Source of the DNA: Podarcis gaigeae
Lineage: Eukaryota
Direction: 5' to 3' (one strand)
NCBI GenBank assembly: GCA_964106915.2
Contig: OZ066919.1
Length of the DNA stretch: 64,000 nt
Both the position numbers and the translations under genes were made by a program. This document shows positions 11,697 through 22,382 of this stretch, one piece after another (positions within the stretch are counted from its first letter, which is position 1; the number at the start of each line of letters is the position of its first letter). A model generated the notes under the pieces. That model worked only from the letters and a program-made list of their open reading frames with translations, did no database searches and was not told the origin of the DNA.

Positions 11697-14600
11697 ATGC
11701 TTCTAGAATAGATCTGATTTGATATGTCTTGTTCTATTGTCAGCATCTGTTTAGCAAGGCTTTTTAATACTTTCTGGCTGCCGATCAGTCATCCCTAGCT
11801 TGGGATGCCGACTTGCATACAAATTTTATTATTAAGTACAATTCCTTCTCTCCCCACTATCCTCCCCCCCCCACACCACCCTCCCCTCTACCTATCCACC
11901 CATCCATCCATCAACCCCCCCAAGGCTAAGAAGAGGGACCTCCAGCTGTGGGAGCCCTGCAAGCGCAAGACATCAGCTTGGGTAACATATTTCAGAGCCC
12001 CATTTTTGCCTGTTGCAGGTGCTTTGTATCAGTAAATCGAATCATGGGGAAATCATTTATTTCCTAATGCTGTTTGTGGCATGTTAGCTGGAGAATTTAC
12101 ATGAGAGAGATTACTTTAATAACCAAAAAAATTACAGTGCGGGGTCTCCCCGCCCCGTCGCCTTTGATATGTAATTGTTTCAAATTTAACCTGTCTGGAG
12201 TGAGGGTGAAAGGCATTATTAAATCTGAAGCATCTTGCTCCAGGGAGGGCGGGGAGGGGGAGGATCACCCTAGTGTGAACCTCCTTCCAGCCGTTAAATA
12301 GAAATGGAGTGAAATTAACAAATCAACCAAGCAGAGAGAAAGAAGGAATTCCTACAGCCTGGAGAAAGGCCCTTCTAATTTTAGTAATTTGTCTCTCTTT
12401 TCTCTGCTCCACATTCTCCTCCTGTGACCCAGTCCTGTGTGATACCTAATGCTCTTCATTCCTGCTAGCGTCTCTGTACATTAATTTTGTTCAAGGGCTG
12501 AGATCCATACTGGACCAAGGATCTCAGGGAAAATGTGAACTGCAGAGAAATGTAACCATTTATATTCAGAAATGTAATTCCTTATCAGGTATCTTCTGAC
12601 TAATAGGGACTGTAATCAGTCACAGAGCAACAAGGCAGTGTATATGAATGACTTCACCCAGACAAGGTTATACAGGAAGGTGCCACAGGATGCTAACTTT
12701 GCAGCAGGATTTCTGGTCAAACAAGGTGGCAAGTGCTTGTAGAGTTTTCAACCAGTTTCTGTGTCCCATAAGCAGTAGGAGCAGGTGGTAATGCGTTGTG
12801 AGACAAGTTATCCACAGCACAGCTAACTACTTTTCTGCATGGCAAGTAGGTCTCTTAATAGTTTCCCAAATCACCTGTTTTTTCAGCACACTTTGGTTTC
12901 AGTTTCACCCCTTTACCTGCCTCTCCTGGACTGGGCTGTGGTTTCATCCAAGATCCTGTCTTACCCAACATGGCCAGTTCAAGAAGTCATCAGGGTTGGG
13001 AATTTGCCAGGGCCCAGAACCAGTAAGGGGACAACTAACTGAAAGTGAATGCCACCACTTTGACTGTCATTTGCTAGTAGGATTGACTAGGTTTGGAAGG
13101 GACACTAGAGCAAACCCTTAACTAAGTCAAGGTGTTTTTGTGTTTTTTTAAGAATCGGCTGAGATTTGCCAAGTGTGTATGCCATTAGTTCTGACTAGTT
13201 TGCATGCCTTGCTTCCTTCTGCCCTTCAGGGCTGTACCCTCAACAGCTTAATCAGGGTACCATAGAGCTCCCTTTGTGCATCCACTCTGCAATGTGGTAA
13301 AGTGCTACCCTTCGCTCCAATCACTAGGTAATACCACTGCTACCCTGCCTATGAGTCTTCTTTAAGCTAGTGGGTGAGCAGCCTTTGATCTTGGGAATGG
13401 GGGGATTGCCAGCAAACTCACTCCACTTGCCGCTGGATGCCAGAGCCAGCCTAACCTCTTCTTATTCCCCGTTGGCACAAATCTTTGGAGTAAGTTACCT
13501 AGCAGCCTGGCTCATGGGTCACAGGCCTTAGAGTGCCTTCCAATTGTTTTGCAAAGCAGTGAAGCCACTGCTGCAACTACAGCTGGACTGCTCACAATGG
13601 CAGGTTATGAGGGGAGGATAATTGGCTTTGGAACACCCTGTTTTGGGGCTTTCTTCTGGCCTCCATCAGTGTGGAAGATGGGACAGCATGAGACAGGCCA
13701 CATATACAGGAGCCTTGAGAGATGTGGTATTTGGGGCAATTGTTGCTTTGCCTAGGTGAGAGAAATTGGCAGGATCTACTCTTGGGTTCCTATGAGACAA
13801 ATGTAAGTTAAGAGAAAGCACTGCTGTGGGGGGATGCTTGAGGTATGTCTATCCAATCTTTGAACAATGGAGTCTTTGGTGTAAGAGGAGTTGTGAATGG
13901 ATGTGTAGTGGTTTGGGCAGGCCATTGTAACACGGGCATGAGAAACCTCCAGACCATCATGCCTCAGATCATGGAGGTCTTTGCAGCCCATGCCCCAATC
14001 TAATGGTGTGCCAGCTGCCTCACTCCATGCTCTGCTTCCAGTTTGGTTGCCTCCCTCCCTCCGATCTTGCTGTCCCTCATTCTCCTCTGCAAAAATGAAT
14101 GAGGAGAGCCAAAGAGAACAAGGAGAGTTATTAAAGGGTCCTTGTCCAAGTTGCCCAAGAAGTCTCCAGAAGCTGGAGCCAGCCCAGTTAAATGGCCATA
14201 GTTTCAAATTGCAACACTATGCGTTACTTCTGTTTATGATACTTAATGGTGTATTTTCCCATAGGGCCAGCCCTGCCTCCCTAGTGGACATGGAAAGCTT
14301 TATTATGCTACAAGAATAAAGTGGGTGTAAAAGGCAGATGCACTTCAGAGCTTCTGTGATACCTAGAGTATGATTTTGGATACAGGAAGTCAAAGTTATA
14401 TCCTTGCTCAGCTTCAGAGTTGACAGGGTAGCACTGAGTGTCACTGTCTCTCAGTCTAATCTGCTTCACAGGGTTTTTGTGAAAACACCAATCCTGCTCT
14501 GAAGAAAGGATAGGATTCAAATGTAATATATAAATAATAGGGATAGAAAGTTGGGTACAGTGTGGTGGTGATGGTCTTCTGTGTGAAAAGTAAGTTCCTA

Positions 14601-14731
14601 GTTGTCTGGATCTCATCATAGAGGGCTTTACAGCACCAACCCCCGCCCCCAGGTCTGAAAAGTCTTACCTTGTAGAATTTATCTGCCCACTTTCAGTATG
14701 GTACTGATACTCTTCTTTTCTCTCTTGACAG

Positions 14732-14777
14732 TAAGAACTCTATATTGAAGGATGTTATGGCTCCAGGTACTCCCAAG
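14732..14777 (+). CDS. RNF220: RNF220 internal coding exon, 46 bp, (S)KNSILKDVMAPGTPK
   Basis: Polypyrimidine tract and acceptor tcttcttttctctcttgacag|, donor AAG|gtaagt. The peptide matches my recollection of vertebrate RNF220 (SKNSLLKDAMAPGTPK). It ends in phase 0, compatible with the next exon. Confidence 0.88.
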
Positions 14778-16638
14778 GTAAGTGAGCCAAATTTGGTCAC
14801 ATATTGTTTTGCAATATCCTCCATGCCCCTACAGACACTGTTTCTTGGTCCAATTTGATCTTCCTTTCATAATCTTCATAACAGTATGTGGTATCAAACA
14901 GTTGTCTCATCCTGTTCAAAGACCCTGAAGTTCCCTGGGCAGGGGACAGTCACTTAAGTCTTTATTTCTGCATCCCTCTTTATATTAGTGCCTCAATACG
15001 TAGTGGGCATGCTTAGAACCCATTGCAAAACCATTTCAGCATTCTAAAATACTTCCAGATTTTACTAGAATTGGCCTTTGGGTCCCTGCAATTGGAGATT
15101 AAATCATCTTAACTTGTGACCTTCACACTGAGTGCTCTGGAACCAGAGACACTAGTTTGGTGAAGTGGATGTCTGCAGCAATTCTATATTCTCTGTCTCC
15201 AACCTCCATCTGTAATGTGTTAAGGGTGGGGTGTACTTAGCTGTGGCTAAACAAATGTGTATGTGGTGGCAAATGCAGGGTCATTGCCGAATAATGTGGG
15301 AAGTGGCCCTTAGGACCAAGCAGAAAAACTTTGTAGGTTATTGTGCCACCTGCTTTCATAGGCTACTAGTAATGTGTGCGGCACACCCTATACAGTGTAG
15401 TCTTAGTGCTACTCTGGCAGATCATGAGCTGCCGTTCCTGATTCAGAAACAAACATACACAGAAGAAGCAGGCATGCAAGCAAGTAAAAGGGAACACATC
15501 AATTAAAAATCAAGAATCTTCTTATTTGCCTTTGTGCCTCACAAGGGAGTTGGAAAGAGCAGCATGAAAAGCAGCTCTTGTACTGTGCATTTTGGTCGTG
15601 CTCATTGCTGGATGGTGATAATTCATCTGTCCCAAACACCAAGCCTGAGGAGGCGTTCAATAGGCAGATTAGTTGTTTGGAAGTAAATATAGAGAGTTAG
15701 AGACAGTCACCAGATAAGGAAGAAAAAGGCCTTTTCTCCCAGCAGGGATTGAGCCTTTGAAGCTTCAAGCAACAAAGAATCCCATTTGCTTTGAGTGAAG
15801 GGATTAAGGCAGGATAGTTGAGGGGTCCTGTGTAACCAAGATCACTCGTCTGCTGTCGCCACATGGCGTCCCCCTCCCTTCACTCTCCCACCATCACCTA
15901 AGAATGTTAAGAAGAGGGGGCTTTTGAGTTCTTACAGCCTCTTGGCCTCAGAATTGTTATTCTCAAGTGGCACTTGCTTGAAGAACAGGCCTGCGTGATG
16001 CAAAAGGTGCTGCGCTTCTCACTTAATAGCCAGACTAAGTGTAAGTCTGCCTTGGTCTTCAACAGGTGGGTCAAGATGCCCTATCAAGTCATGGGCTGAT
16101 CTAAGGTGGGTTGCAACAGCAGTGCTACCACCATTTAAGTATATGGTGAAAAATAAAGAAAGATATGGTCCTTAAATATATGTTTAGATTAAAAGTGGGT
16201 ACTGGGTCTGAAAAGGTTGAAGAGCAGTGGTCTAGAAACACCATTCTCTGACATAGAAGTCCTTCCTCCTCAATCCCTGGTTTGCTGGGATTCTCTATAG
16301 TTATTTAGTGACAAGATAAATGGGTCCCACTCACATGTTCCTGGAAACAATCTTGGCATTGAAAAAAACCTGCAAATTGCCCCTGGAACAATCCAAGATG
16401 CCAAAAATTGTGCAAAGAAAATAGGCAAATTTACTTAAATTTCACATTTTATGTAGGCTTGCACATTTTGGATTTTAATTTTCAAAATGGGATCCCCCCC
16501 ACTAACAGTTGACTAAAATAAATGTTTGGGTGCAAGTTTTGAGACACAATAATTATTTGTTGAAGATGTAGTACGTAATGTTTGGTGGGTGCTAAATGCT
16601 TGGGTTTAAGAAATGTTAGGATTTTATTAGAATTGGTA

Positions 16639-17266
16639 TGTTAGGACTGGTAATAGCCAGACTTGTGTGTATTTAAATTGTGGGTTAGCCATAGCCACTG
16701 TTAATCCTCTGGAATTAGCATATGTGAAGGGTTAATTAACCTAGGCACACTTCCTGGGTTGTGTGTTGGACATTGTAATATTCACCCAAGCAACAAGTGT
16801 TAATGAAGTCAGTTAGGCTTCTTTGTGAGGTGATGGGCAGTGGGATAAGCAATTAGAGAGTTCACAGCGTCAGAGGATTAGGTATTAACACAACACAGGA
16901 TCAAAGGAAATAGGTGTGAGAATACAAATGTGTGGTCTCTTTCTGAGGAGAGTAAAAAAGGAAAGCTGATAAGCTATGGTGTTATTTCCTGGGTTGTGCC
17001 CTGCAGTGCATGAGAGGCTGCAGAAAAAAGGATGGGGCTTTGCTTACCAATGTTGTTACTATGGAATGAGCTGGCAGCTATTGAGATGCTACTGCTGTGA
17101 GCCCTACCATTGACAGCTCCAGGTTGCATATATGTGTAAATAAACCATCTATCATAAAGACACTACAGCCTTTGTTGAACCTCATTCCCAAAGGAAACAC
17201 TAACCCTTGATAAGCATGCCTGTAACACCGGGAATCTTGCGCAGCCAATTGGAGTTGCGAGTAACA
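16639..17266 (+). mobile_element. Possible solo LTR
   Basis: About 630 bp bounded by TGTTA...TAACA, with an AATAAA near 17138 followed by an R/U5-like segment. No target-site duplication was found. Confidence 0.4.
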
Positions 17267-17519
17267 GTGCATTGAAGTTTAAAAAGAAGAGAGGGAAGGG
17301 ATGGCAGGGAATTCTGATGCTGCATTATTGTTTCTGGTGGTCTGCCCGATCACTAAAGTCCTCTGAGGAGGAAGAGTTTGATGAAGCTGTTTCCAGATAT
17401 CTCACAGTGGATAGATTATTTACTAAATTTTCTCTGTACTTTAAGCTAGAAAAGGTACTATGTACCTAGATTCCTCCATCAGTGTTCCTGAATCCCTAGT
17501 AACAGCTTTGCCATGTACT

Positions 17520-17590
17520 TCTGTGATGACCTTGGGGAAATCACATAATACCTCAGGGCTTCATCTCTAAAAGTGATAGACGATAAAATA
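17520..17590 (+). mobile_element. CORE-SINE (MIR-like) remnant
   Basis: tgtgatgaccttggggaaatcacataa..cctcag...catctctaaaa matches the MIR core pattern. Confidence 0.45.
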
Positions 17591-18097
17591 TTAATAATTA
17601 AATCTGCTCATTGTGGCTGTAGGGGAGAGGGAGAGACCAGAGAACTGTCCATGTATATTTGAAATATGTCAGCACTTAGGGCTGGTATTCATGTGGGAGA
17701 AAGACTGGGAAAAAGATTGGGTAGTTGTAATTAAGTTTGGAAACATATCCACTAAGGCTGTGATCCTAAGTATACTTTATTGGAAGTGAGCATTATTGAA
17801 ATCAATTAGTCTTACTTCCAAGCACAGAATTCCTTCCTTCCTGTCAACCAACAAACCAAATGGATTTTCACATATTCCACATATTTCCACAATATATTCC
17901 ACATATTGAAAACTCACAGGAGACGTGGAAGACACTCTGGTGCTGGTTTTTAAAAACTAGTTCGAACATAACCATATACTGTAGAGTGTGTGACGGATGA
18001 TCTGTGTGCTCTAGGCTGACATGAGGTTTAGTTCTGACTTCTGTGTCCAAAGTTGAGTGGAAAATAGTATCATGAAACACCTTTCTTGAGATTCAAG

Positions 18098-18206
18098 GAG
18101 GATGTCATAGCTCAGTAGTAGAACACATGTTTTGCATGTAAAATGTCCCAGGTTCAGTCTCTGGCAGGGATGGCAATGAACTACTGGCAGTCAGACTGTA
18201 GACAAT
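18098..18206 (+). mobile_element. tRNA-derived SINE 5' remnant, same family as 6741-6955
   Basis: catagctcagtagtagaacacatg...tttgcatg...gtcccaggttca followed by ctggcagtcag..tgtagacaat. Confidence 0.6.
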
Positions 18207-18316
18207 GGGCTTACCCTTACTTCCTCTTCTATCACTGTCTTTCCCCCGGGGAGGGGGCACATTTTAGTGTTCTAACAGAGCAAACAGCGGGGGGGGGGAC
18301 AAAAATGCCCAGGCAC

Positions 18317-18630
18317 CAGTGGCGGAGTGTAAGCCAGCGCTACCTGGGATGGGTGTGTGGGGCGTGCCCCCCAGGGGGGCGGTGCACAGAGGACGGCCTC
18401 CCATGTGCCAGTGTCCAGGGGATAAGAAGGGCATGGAAGCTGCCACCTACTCTCCTCCTACTCTTCGCCGCTGGATCAGGCCTGACCCAAGGGCAGAGCT
18501 GTGGCCAGGCACGAGCGCAGCAGCCAAGGCGCAGCTCCTTCTCACATGGAGCCAGGCTCTAATGAAGGAGCCTGCAGTGAGGGTGCCCGTTTGCACCCAG
18601 GGCCATGCCCCCCCCCATGCTACGCCTATG
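18317..18630. mobile_element. hAT-type non-autonomous transposon inserted in a MITE
   Basis: Perfect 8-bp direct repeat CCAGGCAC at 18309-18316 and 18631-18638. Imperfect TIRs cagtggcggag / ctacgcctatg enclose a GC-rich interior. Confidence 0.75.
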
Positions 18631-20842
18631 CCAGGCACAGAACTTTAAAGTGCAGACCTGTGCCTGGGAAGACTGGGGCAAATAAGTGTGCAAAAGCCCA
18701 GGGAGCAAAGTTATTGGGATTCCTTGCATGGCAACATGCTAGCATGGTCACGTCTTTGCCTTCCCCAGCTTTCATTGAGGCATAGAGGACCGTGCACTGT
18801 TCTCTGGTGTAACTCAAACAGTGGTTCAAATTGCCAGAAGCTGAAGTTGGCTTTCCTCCTTAAGTGCTGCTGTGGCTTCCTGAAGAAAACAGACAAAGGA
18901 GCCAGTGGGAGTATGTGAGTTTACTGGGCATTGGGAAAGTGTCAGAGAATAAAAGATGCTGGTGGTGTTCGTGTCTTGAGATGCTGAGACCACTGGTGCT
19001 GTTACAAAGCACAGCAAAAGCTGGTATCACTCATTGCATTCGGGTTACAGTTCCCAAGTGATAACAGCTATTAGCAACACTTTGACTGCTTCCCCACCAT
19101 GCAGGGGAGGGCAGGAGACAGAAAACATGTCAAGCCATCACCTCCATGTTAAGTGATAAGTACCTATTTAGATGGCAGAGTTAAAGTCCAACGCATCAGG
19201 CAGGAAACACTTTGCGCAGGAGAGAAGGGAAAGGCCAGAGCGAGATGTAAAAAGCAGGGTTAGGGTATTTGTTGTGCTGACAGCAGCTGTGATTGATTGT
19301 TTAAGAGAAATAAACTGCCTGTGTTTTCGGGGCTATCAAAAAGCAGGAGCCCAGCACTTAATAGTCTCAAATGGGTGGCCTTGAAAGGAAACAAAGTGTC
19401 ACTGCTGCCGGCTCACCGCTTCCCAGTGCTGACATCTGACCTGTCTCTGAGACAGGGAGGGGATAGTTTTAGGAGAGGCAGCAATGAGCGTATGTTACAA
19501 TCTTGATGTGTTTTCTTGGCTGTGGGCTGCTCCCAAATTATAGGTGTCCCTCGCCTTGTGCTTGCTTCCACCTGTGTCCCTGGGGTCAGCATGGCACACT
19601 CACATGTTTATGTAAGCACATACATGTATGCATCCGACATGCATGGGAACTTCTTATACACATACACACAGAGTGAGCAGTCATTCACCTAGCCCAGGCA
19701 TGGCCAGGCTTGCAGACTGGTTCGTTTTTTTACCAGCACTTTGAGCTCCTGCAACCAGTACCAGAGGCAAAAGGATGGCTCCAGGGAAGAAACCAGTTAC
19801 CTATCTCCACTGCCCCACACCTCCCCTGGCCACTTTAGTCTTGCCTATCCAAGTACAAATATCTGAACTCTGCAGTAACTCTGGAACCCTAGCACCTCAG
19901 TTTAAGGTTTCTGCTATTGCTGATGTTAAATAACTGAGAGGCAGAACCTCCTGCTGATCTACTATGTGATCTGGCCATCTACCAGTAGATTCTGATATAC
20001 CTTCTAACATGCAGATGATAAAACAATTTCAAAATACTCACACCTGCATGAGTTTTTCTTGCCTGTGCGCATGAACACATAGGCGCTCTCGCAATCATTC
20101 GGAGATATATTCAAGAGCACCAAGATCTATCCTGTATGTAGACCTATACCTCATTTACACTACCCAAGTTTTTGGGATGGGTGAGTAGAGGTAAGGAGGG
20201 ATTTTCTTGCTCTCTTGTCTCCCACAACAGGTTCCAGTGGCAGAGTGGATAAAGGGAAGAGGAACTGGTAAGCAGCCATTGTCAATGTCCTCCTCTTCCT
20301 TCATTTGAAAGAGTCTCAACCCCACCTCTCCCTTCCTCTTTTACCTGTGGCTCCCAAAGTGGCCCATTCCTATATCTTTTTCCTTGCTGAAGAGGTGCTG
20401 TAACCTCTTGAAAGAGAGCACAGATATCCCTGTTGGCAATGAGGATGTCTCATGCTGTCTCCTTCCGTTCAAGCTTAGTGACCTATTGACTCCCTCCCCA
20501 TTTCCAACTCCCCTGCAAGAGGGCCCTCCCCACCCCCATCAACAAGCATTTTGAAGCAGGTTGCGTTCGCTCGAAAGTGACATTTTCACAATCACAGTTG
20601 CAACATCCTATATGGGCTTATTGGTTTCAGTAACCTGATAGCAGTTTATCCAGTGTTATTGTCAAACAAATTATTACAGAACATCTAGTCAAACAAACTA
20701 TTTATGGCTTGCAGAGAAAGAAACATTGGAGGTAACTGTTTCTCTGCCTTTCTAACTGGTTGAGGTGGTTACTTTGTTAACAGGAGTATTTAGGCTGACT
20801 TTTCTGGGTAGGAGCACCACACACCATAAAACCAAAAGACTC

Positions 20843-21010
20843 AGGGCTCATCCCCACTTCCTCTTGTCCTGCCTTCTTTCTCCTGGGGAAAACCAATCTT
20901 TAGTAGTGAATTGGAGCAAATGGCAATTTGGGTTTGCTCCTATAGAACTTTAAAGAGAGGGGTTTTGCAGGGAAAGCTCTGGAGCAAAAAAAGAGCGCTC
21001 AGACATAAGC
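20843..21010. mobile_element. MITE-like element with GGGCT(C/T)ATCC-type terminus
   Basis: It shares its start gggctcatcc...acttcctctt and internal segments with 18207-18700 and 6125-6330. Confidence 0.5.
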
Positions 21011-22173
21011 TATGAGTTCTGTGTAATAACTTTGGACTGTGTGTGCACATTGCTGCTTGCTTCAGCTCCAGTGTGCTCCCACCACTGGGGTTTGAAGGGA
21101 ACGGATTGTGGCAAGGGGAAAACTGCTCAAACCCATGCCTAGAAAGTGTGGCTCAAGCAGAAAACTGTTCAGATCTGTGCGTTCCAGGCACAGGACAAGC
21201 GGAAGTGTGGATGAGCCCTGAAACGGCAAATAGTACAGTATCAAAAAAAGCAGCATTAATGTCTGAAAGCCTGCATAAACACAAACAGCCAAGTTTTAAC
21301 CTGATGTCTAAATAGCTTCTTACACTTTACAATGTCAATTTATAGCACTTTTCCTGACTTTGTAAAGAGTTGTTCACTTTGATTGCCATTGATAATAATT
21401 TTTCCTCTTACAATCTCAGTCTGCACAGAATTGTATGGGGGGCTGGCATTTTTACATAGGGGCAGGCATTTTTCTCTCTGTACAATTCACTCTGAGTGCA
21501 GCATCAAGCTATGTTGCTCTCAGGGGACTTGCTGTATTGTATTCAAAGCGTGCAGTGGCAAAAGGGAAGGAGCCCCATGCACTACTAGCTGCTCCAGAGT
21601 GTGAGCAGCTACATTACCCAGGGCTTTTTAAAGGGCAAGGGGGAAAAATACCATACAGAAATGGTGCTGTAGTCATTGGGCGCCTCTTAAAGGGATCTAC
21701 AGAATCTAGTGGATTCATGATCCGATCCTGGTTATGATCCATCCAGATCAAATGAGGTGAGTCTGCTTTGGAATAAAACTTCTACAGATTCCTTCCCCAT
21801 CATATATGACAAAAAGAGTACACTAGTTTAGGATTGACTAAAGCTGCTGTTTAAGGATACGTTAGCCTTGTGCGAAGGGATACTCTTAATTGAGAAGCCA
21901 CAACTTTCCTTGACAACCCAGTCCCAGTTTTTAATCACTTTTCCCTGCTGAACAAACCACACCTTAATTTCTACTTTCAATCTGTCCGGTAGTGCTCTCT
22001 CCTTGTGCTTTCTGTCGCATATTATAACTGATATTTCTCTCTTAGCTTGTTCTTCAAAGGGGGATTTGTCAAGTTGGAAAGCATTAGAGCAGAAGCGGAG
22101 AAGAAAGACCCCGTTATTCCTATGAGCTAAGTAGGTTGTTGCTTGGAAGCTGGCAGGGGAGGGAAGCGAGGGT

Positions 22174-22382
22174 NNNNNNNNNNNNNNNNNNNNNNNNNNN
22201 NNNNNNNNNNNNNNNNNNNNNNNNNNNNNNNNNNNNNNNNNNNNNNNNNNNNNNNNNNNNNNNNNNNNNNNNNNNNNNNNNNNNNNNNNNNNNNNNNNNN
22301 NNNNNNNNNNNNNNNNNNNNNNNNNNNNNNNNNNNNNNNNNNNNNNNNNNNNNNNNNNNNNNNNNNNNNNNNNNNNNNNNNN
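22174..22382. other. Assembly gap (209 N)
   Basis: Run of n characters. Confidence 0.99.

Noticed and set aside
14729-14737. cagtaag at the exon acceptor read as a donor or recursive splice site
   Set aside because: The G belongs to the acceptor AG. It is not the AG|GT arrangement needed for recursive splicing.
18143-18785. Cluster of GC-rich ORFs
   Set aside because: They lie within nested non-autonomous transposons.
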